Shown: positions 29,203 to 38,232, counted from the first letter of the stretch. The stretch is DNA of 64,000 nucleotides from an archaeon (GCA_043814055.1 JBDRKL010000012.1:64001-128000), one strand, 5' to 3'. Program-made: numbers and translations. The notes: a model not told the origin generated them from the letters alone.

Positions 29203-30015
29203 ATGTTCTTTTCCGAGCTTTCACTGTTTCTGGGCGCGCAGATTTTGGGAGTTTATGTTGGATTTTCGCTCATAAACATGGGTTACACCTATGTGCAGGA
29301 CACGGGCGCTTCGGTCTCAAGCTTTTTGATTTCCTTCACAATCGCAACATTGGTGCTTGTGTTAATGCTTAAGTTCCTGAAGAGCCACTTGTTCTTCAAG
29401 GGGCTTCTCGCGTTCCTGATATTCGTCGGCGCTGAAACCGTGTTCGCGGTTTTCATCTGGGAAGGCGCAGCGCTTTTGCTTGCCATAGCGCTTGTTGTTT
29501 TAAGATTTAAGCTGCCCAACGTGTTTATGCAAAACTTGGTGATGGTTATAGCCATAGCCGGGATTGGCGCGAACTTGGGGACGCTGTTCTCAGTTCCAGC
29601 TGTTTTGATAATACTCGCTGTTCTTTGCATCTATGACGTTGTTGCAGTGTACAAGACCAAGCACATGGTAAGCTTGTTTAAGGGAATGGTCAGTAAGGGC
29701 GTTCCATTTTCATTAATAGTGCCGGAGAGCATTGGGGATGTTAGGATTAATGTCAAGGATGCCGTGCCGGGAGAGGGGCGGTTTTTAATGCTTGGGACTG
29801 GAGATGTCGCGTTCCCTGTGATATTTGCTGTGGCTGCGCTACAGGTTGGGTTGATGAGTTCAGTGGCAGTTGTGGCAGGAGCTCTTGTCGGGCTTCTCAC
29901 GATTCATTTGCTCCTTGTGAGCAAGAAGACCGGAGCAATTCCAGCTCTTCCGCCGATAACATTTTTCTCAGTAATTTTCTTCCTGATTTCGCTGTATTTT
30001 AATGGAGGGCTCTGA
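29203..30015 (+). CDS. Presenilin/SPP-family intramembrane aspartyl protease
   Basis: YD, LGTGD and PALP motifs; multiple TM segments; start reassigned to 29203. Confidence 0.9.
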   Translation: MFFSELSLFLGAQILGVYVGFSLINMGYTYVQDTGASVSSFLISFTIATLVLVLMLKFLKSHLFFKGLLAFLIFVGAETVFAVFIWEGAALLLAIALVVLRFKLPNVFMQNLVMVIAIAGIGANLGTLFSVPAVLIILAVLCIYDVVAVYKTKHMVSLFKGMVSKGVPFSLIVPESIGDVRINVKDAVPGEGRFLMLGTGDVAFPVIFAVAALQVGLMSSVAVVAGALVGLLTIHLLLVSKKTGAIPALPPITFFSVIFFLISLYFNGGL

Positions 30016-30623
30016 TGGAGCTCGCAACGAAAATTCACATTAAGGATATACTTGACGGAAAATTCACTCCAGGGCAAGGCTACGAGTCTGGCACGCTGAA
30101 GACAACTGACGGGAAGGAAATCAAGAAAATTCATATTCTGGCCACTATTGTTGAAAAGTTCGTTGCGGAAGACAAGGGATTCGCGAGCATCACGCTGGAC
30201 GACGCCACTGAGACAATAAAAGTCAAGGTATTCAAGGAGCACGTGGCGAAGATTGAGCCCCGGAAGGTTGGGGATATTATTGACGTGATGGGTGTGCTAA
30301 GAGAATATGAGGGCGAGGTTTATGTAATGCCGGATTTTATTAAGATTATTGATGACCCTAATTGGGAGATATTGCGAAACTTGGAGCTTGATAAAAGGAC
30401 TTTGCAGAAAGCAAATGAAAACACAGCGCTGGGAGCAGCCAGAGTGGAGATTGACCTTGGGCCGATAATACTTGAGAAAGTTGGAGCAGGTAGAATAGCA
30501 ATTAAAGAATTGATAAATGATTTAAAGGAGCACGAAGAAGAGAATGTTCTTGGCAAGGTGCGAGAGCTGATGATGAAGGGCGATTTGTACGAGCCAAAAC
30601 CAGGAGTGATAAAAGCAGTATGA
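30015..30623 (+). CDS. RPA32-like OB-fold ssDNA-binding protein with C-terminal WH
   Basis: ITLDDATETIKV..GDIIDVMG.LREYEGE, DPNWE, GDLYEPKPG. Confidence 0.85.
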   Translation: MELATKIHIKDILDGKFTPGQGYESGTLKTTDGKEIKKIHILATIVEKFVAEDKGFASITLDDATETIKVKVFKEHVAKIEPRKVGDIIDVMGVLREYEGEVYVMPDFIKIIDDPNWEILRNLELDKRTLQKANENTALGAARVEIDLGPIILEKVGAGRIAIKELINDLKEHEEENVLGKVRELMMKGDLYEPKPGVIKAV

Positions 30624-31021
30624 GCTACGAAGACCTTTTAAAAAGAGCGAGGGAGAATTTGCCGGAACAGACCGCAGAAGATAACCGATTTGAGGCGCCG
30701 ACGTTTCAGAGCTTTAACCAAGGTTCTCAAACCATCATCAAGAACTTCACTGAGGTTGCAGGAACGCTTGAGCGGGATGTTGCCCATTTAATGAAATTCA
30801 TACTAGGAGAGTCAGGAGCTGCTGGCGATTTGGACGGGCACAGGCTGATACTGAAAGGCAGGAAGACCCAGGATTTTCTCAACCAAAAACTTGAGGTTTA
30901 TATTAACAGGTTCTTGATTTGTGACCAGTGCGGAAAGCCGGACACTGAGCTGAGGAAAGAAGAGGGTGTTTTGAGAATTAAGTGCAAAGCGTGTGGGGCG
31001 AAATACACACCTAAAAGATGA
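30620..31021 (+). CDS. eif2b: Translation initiation factor aIF-2 beta
   Basis: YEDLLKRA, RFEAP, TIIKNF, CDQCGKPDT, CKACGA. Confidence 0.93.
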   Translation: MSYEDLLKRARENLPEQTAEDNRFEAPTFQSFNQGSQTIIKNFTEVAGTLERDVAHLMKFILGESGAAGDLDGHRLILKGRKTQDFLNQKLEVYINRFLICDQCGKPDTELRKEEGVLRIKCKACGAKYTPKR

Positions 31022-31320
31022 TTAGCATAAAAGAAACTGAAACCACAGATGGAAAAGTTCTCGCCGCTTGCGACGAGGAATTGCTTGGGAAGAATTTTAA
31101 AGAGACCGGAAGGACTTTAGAGGTTAGAGAAAGTTTCTACGGCGGCAAGATTGTAACGATTGAGGAGTTTTCTGACAAATTACAAGCCTGCACGATTGCT
31201 AATTTGGTTGGGGATATTGTTGTTGGGAAAGCACTGGAGCTCGGACTGGTTGCTGAAAGCTCAGTTATTAGAATTCAAAATGTGCCGCACGCTCAGATAT
31301 TATTCTTTAAAACAGCATAG
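31018..31320 (+). CDS. DUF424 family protein
   Basis: [28 protein letters not shown]. Confidence 0.85.
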   Translation: MISIKETETTDGKVLAACDEELLGKNFKETGRTLEVRESFYGGKIVTIEEFSDKLQACTIANLVGDIVVGKALELGLVAESSVIRIQNVPHAQILFFKTA

Positions 31321-31555
31321 TTTCCAGGTCAGCGCTGGCTATGTCAATTATTATTGGCTCTTTTCCATCCGCGCGCCTTATCACGGTCATTGGGATTGCG
31401 CGGTCCTTGAACTCCAGGACTGCAACCTCGGTTGGAGAACCCTTGAGCTCATCAGGAACATTCACGAGCACAGGTGCGCCCATTGAAATCTGCAAAGAGC
31501 GGGCTCCAATGATGCGTGCGCGCTCAAAACGTGTAAGTTTGTTTGTAGGATACAT
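31307..31555 (-). CDS. rpoK: RNA polymerase subunit Rpo6 (K)
   Basis: [22 protein letters not shown]. Confidence 0.95.
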   Translation of the reverse strand: MYPTNKLTRFERARIIGARSLQISMGAPVLVNVPDELKGSPTEVAVLEFKDRAIPMTVIRRADGKEPIIIDIASADLETMLF

Positions 31556-31595
31556 AAGCGAAATGATATCTATTGAAAGGTATTTAAAGGTTAGT

Positions 31596-31659
31596 ATGAG
31601 ACACACATTGGAGAAAGTTGTTACGTGTGTTCATCAACATCGGAGGCGATGTTGATGGA
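31596..31659 (+). promoter_or_regulatory. uORF/double-hairpin leader module before kinase
   Basis: ATGAGACAC...GTGTT stem 1; 13-bp stem 2 with GAGG loop covering both candidate ATGs; uORF stop overlaps ATG (TGATG). Confidence 0.55.
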
Positions 31660-32278
31660 GCCGAAGAAAGAAGAGCTGGAACAACTCAAAGCCACAGGAC
31701 TTGAGTACGTAGCGAAAGGGTGGCGCTCAAGCGTGTATAAAGCGCAAATGGGCAAGAAGGTTGCTGCGCTAAAGGTTTGCGAGGCTGGGACGGCTGTGAA
31801 GGAGGCCGAGATGCTCAGAGAAGCGAACAAAGTGGGCGTGGGGCCGGAGTTATATGGCAGTGCAGAGCACATTGTTGCGATGGAGTTTATTGACGGGGTT
31901 CGCTATGCGGACTGGGTTGAAACCGCTGAGCCAGTTGATGTTAAAAAAGTTGTTTTGAAAATACTTGAGCAGTGCAGGGCGCTTGACAAAGCCGGGATTG
32001 TGCACGGCCAGCTCTCCACTGCGGAGAAGCATATTATTGTGAGGGGGAATATTCCGTATATTATTGATTTTGAAAAGGGCTCCGCAGAGGGGAATGCGCG
32101 CAATTTTACAGCTGTTTTGAACTTTATTTTGCTTAATCCGAACGGGTATGCGGCAAAGACAACAGTAGAAAAGCTTAATATAGACGCCAACGAAGTAAAG
32201 CGCTATGCCAGGGAATACTCAGAACACGGGGAAGAAGCCTACGCCAAAACCAGGCGGTGGATACAGACCGGGATTTAG
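31655..32278 (+). CDS. RIO/Bud32-like Ser/Thr protein kinase (COG2112-like)
   Basis: AKGWRSSVY, ALK, EAEML, MEFIDG, HGQL, IIDFE; start 31649 or 31655. Confidence 0.8.
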   Translation: MEPKKEELEQLKATGLEYVAKGWRSSVYKAQMGKKVAALKVCEAGTAVKEAEMLREANKVGVGPELYGSAEHIVAMEFIDGVRYADWVETAEPVDVKKVVLKILEQCRALDKAGIVHGQLSTAEKHIIVRGNIPYIIDFEKGSAEGNARNFTAVLNFILLNPNGYAAKTTVEKLNIDANEVKRYAREYSEHGEEAYAKTRRWIQTGI

Positions 32279-32609
32279 GCCAGGATACCGCCCAGGTTTT
32301 AATAGGAACCAGGACGGAGATGGCTTTGTCCGCGTTCGCATGCCCAAGGAGCAATTTAGAGAGGTTTTGGGCACGGTTGAAGAGAACTATGGCAGCAAAC
32401 TATTGATAAAGTGCAAGGATGGGCACGATAGGATTTGCAGAATTCCCGGCAAGATACGCTACAAGCTAAGGCTCAAGATTGGGGACATAGTACTTGTCAA
32501 GAAGTGGACAGTGCAGGAGAATGAGAAAGGCGATTACCTTTATCGGTACACTCCGGCACAAATTGCAAAGCTCAAGACGATGGGCATTTTGAAGGATGAG
32601 GATATGTGA
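32205..32609 (+). CDS. eif1a: Translation initiation factor aIF-1A with Gly/Arg/Pro-rich N-terminal extension
   Basis: RVRMP, CKDGHDRICRIPGK, GDIVLV..W..KGD..YRY; start uncertain. Confidence 0.88.
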   Translation: MPGNTQNTGKKPTPKPGGGYRPGFRPGYRPGFNRNQDGDGFVRVRMPKEQFREVLGTVEENYGSKLLIKCKDGHDRICRIPGKIRYKLRLKIGDIVLVKKWTVQENEKGDYLYRYTPAQIAKLKTMGILKDEDM

Positions 32610-32731
32610 AAGGGCGGAGCGTGGCGATTTTGGTTTTTAGAGCTGTGTGTTTTGAAGACTAAATCAATATGCTGCGACGCAGTTACCTTTATATACCAAG
32701 AGAGATAAATAGCATATAGTCCTTCTGGATA

Positions 32732-33274
32732 GTGGTTAAAGTGGCAGAATACGTTAAAATACCAGCAGAGCGCATTGAGGTTTTGCTGGCAAACAAAGAG
32801 AAGATAAAGAGAGAGATTGAGAAGGGCACGAATACAGAACTTGAGATAGACGAAGAGGCCTGCGACGTAGAAATTATTGAAACCGAGAGAATGGAAGACC
32901 CCTTAGCTGTCTGGAAGGCGCGGGATATTGTAAAGGCAATTGGCCGCGGATTTGAGCCAGAGATTGCGATGATGCTGCTGGACGAGAACAATGTGCTTAA
33001 GGTTATAGACCTGAAAGCGTTTGTTGGAAAAAGTAAGAATGCGGCGATAAGAATAAAGGGCCGCGTGATTGGTCGCGAAGGAAAGTCCAAGAAGAAGATA
33101 AGCGAAATAACCGACACGGAAATGGTCGTATACAGCAAGACAGTGGCGATAATTGGAAAAATGGAGTACGTTGAAATTGCCGCAAGGGCCGTAGACATGC
33201 TTGCGTCAGGCTCAATGCACGGCTCAGCATTCAAGATGGTTGAGGAAGAAATGGCAAAAGCGGTGACAAAGTAA
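32732..33274 (+). CDS. KH-domain ribosome biogenesis protein (Dim2/Pno1)
   Basis: KARDIVKAIGRGF, RIKGRVIGREGK, GSMH. Confidence 0.9.
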   Translation: MVKVAEYVKIPAERIEVLLANKEKIKREIEKGTNTELEIDEEACDVEIIETERMEDPLAVWKARDIVKAIGRGFEPEIAMMLLDENNVLKVIDLKAFVGKSKNAAIRIKGRVIGREGKSKKKISEITDTEMVVYSKTVAIIGKMEYVEIAARAVDMLASGSMHGSAFKMVEEEMAKAVTK

Positions 33275-33275
33275 G

Positions 33276-33352
33276 ATGAGACACAAAGCAAAAAATTTGT
33301 TAAGCAACTTCATTGTGTTCAAAGCAGGTAAAGGGGGTGAAACTTTGAAATG
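33276..33352 (+). repeat. Leader/uORF module copy 1 (before top6B)
   Basis: 31/36 nt identical to 35098-35133; uORF MRHKAKNLLSNFIVFKAGKGGETLKWQEK* (33276-33365). Confidence 0.75.
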
Positions 33353-35101
33353 GCAGGAGAAATAACAGCAGAAGCATTATTCAAGGAATTCCAGAGCGTT
33401 CAATTGAGCGAGTTCTTTAGGAAGAATAGGCAGTTTCTTGGCTATGTTGGAAAAATAAAGTCACTCACTACGGTTATTCACGAGCTTGTTACTAATTCAT
33501 TAGACGCGTGCGAGGAAGCGGGCATACTGCCTGACCTTCGGGTTATTGTTGAAGAGCTTGGAGTTGAGCATTACAAGATTACTTGCCAGGACAACGGACC
33601 AGGAATCCCGGAAACACATCTGGAAAAAGTTTTCGGGCAATTACTCACAGGGACTAAATTTCACAGGAATATTCAACTCAGAGGACAGCAGGGGCTTGGT
33701 GTCAGCGGAGCAGTGCTGTTCTCACAGATCACTACTGGCCAGCCGAGCAGGATAAAATCAGGAACAGGCAAAGGCACAGTTGTTGATGCCATGATTGAGA
33801 TGGATATCAAGACGAACTCGCCAAAGATAATTTCAAAAAATGTTGAGCACGATTCCTGGAGGGGAACGCGCGTGGAAAGCGAATTCAAGGGGGTCCAATA
33901 CTCAAAGGGCTCTAAAGGGCCGTTTGAATATGTCAGGTGGACCGCTGCCTCAAATCCACACGCGAAAATTTACTTCAAGGACCCTGCGGGCAGTGAGATT
34001 GTGTTTGAGAGGGTTATTGACAAGATTCCGCAGACACCAAAGGAGATAAAGCCGCACCCGGAGGGGCTTGAGGCGCACGACCTGCTTGACCTAGCGCACA
34101 AGTCAACGGCAAGGCAGGTTTCAACGTTCCTGACCACAGAGCTCGCTCGAGTGAGCTCGCAGAAGGTCACGGAGATGGAAGACATAATCAACAAGGACAT
34201 GATTAGGGATTACTTGGTAGCTGCTGGAATTTCAAAGGAATCTGCTGAGACGCAAGCTGCTAGCATAACCCCTAAAGAGTGGACTGAGAAGCACGCGGAT
34301 AAGCCGCTCTTTGACACCCGCAGAAGCCCGAAGAGGATTGAGTGGAAAGACGCTGAACATCTCGTGAATGCTTTCAAGAAAACCAAGTTTATGGCGCCGC
34401 CGAGTTCTGGATTAATTCCAATTGGGCAGAAAACTGTTGAGAAGGCGCTAACAAATCTGCTCGCGCCTGACTTTGTTGAGGCAATCACACGAAACCCCAC
34501 AGTTTACAAAGGCGGAATTCCGTTCATGGTTGAGGCTGCGATTGCATACGGCGGAAACTCAGGGAGAGAAGGAGCAGAAGGCGGGAGAAAAGTTGAATTG
34601 ATGAGATTCGCAAACCGCGCTCCACTATTGTTTGACGCAGGCGGCTGCGCTTTAAACAAGTCAATGGAGTCAATTGACTGGAAGAGATACCACATAATGG
34701 ATATGGACCACGCGCCGGTGACTGTTTTCATAAATCTCGTATCAACGCACGTACCTTACACATCCGCAGGGAAGCAGGCGATTGCAGAGGAGGACGAGGT
34801 TGTGGCAGAGGTGCGGTTCGCGCTGATGCAGATAGCAAGAACACTTCAAAAGTTCTTGTCCGGAAAGAGGCGGGCTTCAGAGAGGAACGCGAAGAAAAAG
34901 CTGTTTGAAAAATATATCCCAGAGACCGCGAAGGCGATATCAAAGCTCAGCGGCGCAAAAGAAGAGGACCTGCGCAAGAATCTTGAGAAAATCGTTCTTG
35001 ACCGGTTTGGAAAGGAATTCGCCGGCGGCGAGCCAGAGGAAGAAGAGACCGCTGCGTATGAGGAGATTCCTGAAGAGATTGAAGAGGAGGCGGAAGAATG
35101 A
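33350..35101 (+). CDS. top6B: DNA topoisomerase VI subunit B
   Basis: EFFRKN, HELVTNSLDACE, DNGPGI, RGQQGLG, RFANRAPL, VPYTSAGK. Confidence 0.96.
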   Translation: MAGEITAEALFKEFQSVQLSEFFRKNRQFLGYVGKIKSLTTVIHELVTNSLDACEEAGILPDLRVIVEELGVEHYKITCQDNGPGIPETHLEKVFGQLLTGTKFHRNIQLRGQQGLGVSGAVLFSQITTGQPSRIKSGTGKGTVVDAMIEMDIKTNSPKIISKNVEHDSWRGTRVESEFKGVQYSKGSKGPFEYVRWTAASNPHAKIYFKDPAGSEIVFERVIDKIPQTPKEIKPHPEGLEAHDLLDLAHKSTARQVSTFLTTELARVSSQKVTEMEDIINKDMIRDYLVAAGISKESAETQAASITPKEWTEKHADKPLFDTRRSPKRIEWKDAEHLVNAFKKTKFMAPPSSGLIPIGQKTVEKALTNLLAPDFVEAITRNPTVYKGGIPFMVEAAIAYGGNSGREGAEGGRKVELMRFANRAPLLFDAGGCALNKSMESIDWKRYHIMDMDHAPVTVFINLVSTHVPYTSAGKQAIAEEDEVVAEVRFALMQIARTLQKFLSGKRRASERNAKKKLFEKYIPETAKAISKLSGAKEEDLRKNLEKIVLDRFGKEFAGGEPEEEETAAYEEIPEEIEEEAEE

Positions 35102-35176
35102 GACGCAAAGTAAGAAATTTGAAAAGCAACTTCGCGTTTATTTCAAACCTGATGCAGGCGGGGAGGGTTTGAAATG
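35098..35176 (+). repeat. Leader/uORF module copy 2 (before top6A)
   Basis: Homologous to 33276; uORF MRRKVRNLKSNFAFISNLMQAGRV* (35098-35172). Confidence 0.75.
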
Positions 35177-36289
35177 AGCGACGATGCAAAAAATAAGAGG
35201 AAGCTTGAAAAAGAGGAAGAATCCACTGAGAGAATAGGCGATTTTGGAAAGAATATTTCTGACACGATTCTTGCCGGGAAGTCCCCGGATTTCTCCATGC
35301 CAATAAGGTCAAAGAACAACGTCACATATGACGCTGGACATGGCTACCTTGAGCTTGGGGACAAGATGGCAAAGCGTTATTTCCTGAACGTGGCTCACAC
35401 CAGAAAATTCATGCAGTCAATGCTCGTTGCCTCGGCGTGCAAGACGTATATTGAAAACGACAGGACAGTAGGAAAACGTGAGTTGTACTACAACCTGAAG
35501 CACTCACTGCCAAATTCAAGGGAGAACACTTTTGAGGATGACATTGAGTCCGGCACTGTGCTTGATGATTTGGAGGCATCGCTTGACACCCTGCGTGAGA
35601 ACCTGCACATTGAAGCAAAAGCGCGCGGGTCAATTTATGGAGACATAACGCTGAGCCAGGCAGGGGACACTTTTGACTGCAGCAGGCTTGGCAGGGGCGG
35701 ATGGGCTATTCCTGGATACACCGAGGACGTTGAGGTAGTCAACCACAAGGCGGATTTCATATTAGCAATAGAGAACGATGCCATGATGTCCCGACTCATT
35801 CAGGAAAAGATTTACAAAAAGTTGAACTGCATCCTGATGACAGGAGAAGGCATGTTCCCGCGGGGCGTGAGGCGGTTCGTGAAGATACTGAGCGAGCGGC
35901 TCAAGCTGCCGGTCATAACTTTCGTTGACGGCGACCCGTACGGGTTTTACATATACTCTGTGCTGAAGTATGGGTCAATCCAGCTTGCGCACTTGTCAAG
36001 GAGGTACGCGATACCGGATGCAAAGTATGTTGGAATGACAATGGATGATATTGACACTTACGAGCTGGGGAATGTTACGGAAAGGCTCAAGGAGATTGAC
36101 AAGAAGAGAATCAGGGAGGAAATGGAGTACCCGTGGTTCAAGGGCAATGAGGTCTGGATGAGGCAGTTAAAAATGATGCTGGAGAAGGGTGTGCGTATTG
36201 AACAGCAAGCGCTTGCGAATAAATCACTGGACTTTGTCGCGAAGAAGTATCTGCCTGAGAAAATTGAGGCGGAGAAGTTCTTGTTTTAG
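35174..36289 (+). CDS. top6A: DNA topoisomerase VI subunit A (Spo11 family)
   Basis: RELYY, IEND, DGDPYG, EQQAL. Confidence 0.96.
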   Translation: MSDDAKNKRKLEKEEESTERIGDFGKNISDTILAGKSPDFSMPIRSKNNVTYDAGHGYLELGDKMAKRYFLNVAHTRKFMQSMLVASACKTYIENDRTVGKRELYYNLKHSLPNSRENTFEDDIESGTVLDDLEASLDTLRENLHIEAKARGSIYGDITLSQAGDTFDCSRLGRGGWAIPGYTEDVEVVNHKADFILAIENDAMMSRLIQEKIYKKLNCILMTGEGMFPRGVRRFVKILSERLKLPVITFVDGDPYGFYIYSVLKYGSIQLAHLSRRYAIPDAKYVGMTMDDIDTYELGNVTERLKEIDKKRIREEMEYPWFKGNEVWMRQLKMMLEKGVRIEQQALANKSLDFVAKKYLPEKIEAEKFLF

Positions 36290-36368
36290 TAGGCAGATAT
36301 CAGTTTGTAGTTCGTAGTAACTACCAACCACTAACTTTAAAAAGAGCTAAGAATATAAGAGTTGTACA

Positions 36369-36539
36369 ATGGGAAAGAAAGAAAAGGTCAGCCTGCCGCC
36401 AATGGGCGGGGGATTGTTCAGGCCAACAGAAGGCGAAGGAACAGGACTAAAGCTCAAGCCAGAGCACGTAATTGGAGCTGTTATTTTTGTGATTGTTTTT
36501 GAGGTTTTTCTTCACTTTTACGGGAACTCGCTGTTTTAA
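36369..36539 (+). CDS. secG: Preprotein translocase subunit Sec61beta (absent from ORF track)
   Basis: My translation: MGKKEKVSLPPMGGGLFRPTEGEGTGLKLKPEHVIGAVIFVIVFEVFLHFYGNSLF; LP.xGGGL.R...KxxPE + TM pattern. Confidence 0.88.
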   Translation: MGKKEKVSLPPMGGGLFRPTEGEGTGLKLKPEHVIGAVIFVIVFEVFLHFYGNSLF

Positions 36540-37566
36540 CTCCAGGAATTGAAAGTATTGGGGAATCACGTTCAGTAAAAGATGAGCCGTAGGTTTGCGT
36601 CCGTTCTATGCCGGGAATTTTGATAATCTCTTTGATGATTTGCTTCATGATTTCACGCTCGCTTGAGCCGTGAGCCTTCGCAACTATGTTGAACTTTCCG
36701 GAGAGGATATGTGCCTGAGTGATATTTGGTATGGCTGCAAGAGCCTTCAGGATGTCGTCAAGCTTTATGTTCTTGTCTATTAGTTTGTCAGCTGAGATTG
36801 TTGAGACGAAGATGAAAGCGGTTGCAGGAAGGCCTATTTTTCCAGGGACTATTTTTGCGTGGTAGCCAATGATAACCTCGTTTGTTTCAAGGCGGCGCCT
36901 GCGGTGGTGCACAGTGGTTGGAGGGATGTTAAGTTTTGAGCCAAGCTCACGGGAAGAGAGCATGCAATTCTGCTGAAGCTCAGCGAGGATTTTGCGGTCA
37001 GTGTTGTCAAGCTTGACCTCGCCTTCCTTGAGCACTGGGATTTCCTTTTTCACTGACTCGTGGATAGAAAGCTCGTGGCTGTCCAGGGCAGAGAGTCCGA
37101 TGAAAAGCGTCTCGGTTCGGTTGATTCCAGGAACAGCTCGGATTTGGTCAATAAAGAGACGACCGATCTCCCAATCAGTGGCGCCTGTTGCCCTAACGAG
37201 TATGTCCAAATCCCCTGTGAGAATGTCAACGCTTGAGACGTTGTTAAGCTTTCCAATCTCGTGAGTGATGTCATATACGCTCAGCTTTTCCTGCATCATC
37301 AGGTGTAGGGAGAGAATTTCAATAAGAATTAGGACTGATGTATTAAGGCCGACTGCGTTTGGATTTAATTTTGCGTGGTATCCTGATATCACGCCGGTTG
37401 CCTCAAGTCGCTTGCGCCTGTGATGTGCAGTGGTTGAGGGGATTCCAACTTTTGAGCCAAGCTCACGGGAGGAGAGCATGCAATTCTGCTGAAGCTCAGC
37501 AAGAATCAAGCGGTCAGTGTTGTCAAGCTTGACCGGAGCTATGGGATTTGGGAGAGTTTCTTTCAT
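36481..37566 (-). CDS. Tandem (double) Lrp/AsnC transcriptional regulator
   Basis: Two LDNTDRxILAELQQN HTH + RAM domain units. Confidence 0.9.
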   Translation of the reverse strand: MKETLPNPIAPVKLDNTDRLILAELQQNCMLSSRELGSKVGIPSTTAHHRRKRLEATGVISGYHAKLNPNAVGLNTSVLILIEILSLHLMMQEKLSVYDITHEIGKLNNVSSVDILTGDLDILVRATGATDWEIGRLFIDQIRAVPGINRTETLFIGLSALDSHELSIHESVKKEIPVLKEGEVKLDNTDRKILAELQQNCMLSSRELGSKLNIPPTTVHHRRRRLETNEVIIGYHAKIVPGKIGLPATAFIFVSTISADKLIDKNIKLDDILKALAAIPNITQAHILSGKFNIVAKAHGSSEREIMKQIIKEIIKIPGIERTQTYGSSFTERDSPILSIPGVKTASSRKSEEKPQKQSQK

Positions 37567-37838
37567 TTTGATATTGGCACATACAGTACAAAGTGTTATT
37601 TTTGTACATTATACCATAAATGAGTAGCTGTTTATATGTTTTTCTAATAATTTGCAATGTAAATCGCCTAAATAGGAACATACGTACAAGATAGCGAAGG
37701 AACGTATAAACAAGAAAATGGGTATTGATTGGATAATGTACAAGATTTAGTTAGTATTCGTTAGAATATCATAAAATATACAATATTTTTTAAGAAACTT
37801 ATATATAAGGAATAGTGTATAAGAAAGGCGTGGTGGAA

Positions 37839-37919
37839 ATGAAACTATATGGAGAGAGAGGCGCAATAGAAAGTTTGAGAGCCAATTTGTATGGCAGAAA
37901 GGTGGTGGAGAAATGGTAG
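37839..37919 (+). CDS. Candidate 26-aa uORF/small protein
   Basis: TATA near 37800, SD GGTGG, MKLYGERGAIESLRANLYGRKVVEKW*, overlaps next start. Confidence 0.35.
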   Translation: MKLYGERGAIESLRANLYGRKVVEKW

Positions 37920-38140
37920 TGGCTTTCATACTGGCCAATACAAAAACAGGGAAAGAGAGCGATGTAATAAACAGCCTGAAGGTTATGCCAGAGATTAAGG
38001 AGGCGCACAGCGTGTATGGAGACTATGACATTTACATACGGGCGGAGACTGAGAATCTTGAGCACCTGAATGACTTCCTGCTCAAGAAAATACGCGGCGT
38101 TACAGGCATATCTTGCACGACCACGATGATTGGCCTTTAG
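37913..38140 (+). CDS. Stand-alone Lrp/AsnC ligand-binding (RAM) domain protein
   Basis: AFILANT..GKE, EAHSVYGDYDI, KIRGVTGISCTTTMI. Confidence 0.88.
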   Translation: MVVAFILANTKTGKESDVINSLKVMPEIKEAHSVYGDYDIYIRAETENLEHLNDFLLKKIRGVTGISCTTTMIGL

Positions 38141-38232
38141 GCTCTGGGGTCTGCTAGTTCTGAATAGACGTGAGTATTGATTATAGAAAGTGTTAAAAGG
38201 GTTCGCGGAGAGAATAGTCTAGTTATAACATA

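Noticed and set aside
3489-35176. Junction inserts interpreted as BHB-spliced mRNA introns
   Set aside because: I could not form a canonical bulge-helix-bulge across the boundaries at 3489, 8266, 26319 or 35098; the ends are direct repeats rather than complementary. Left only as a testable alternative.
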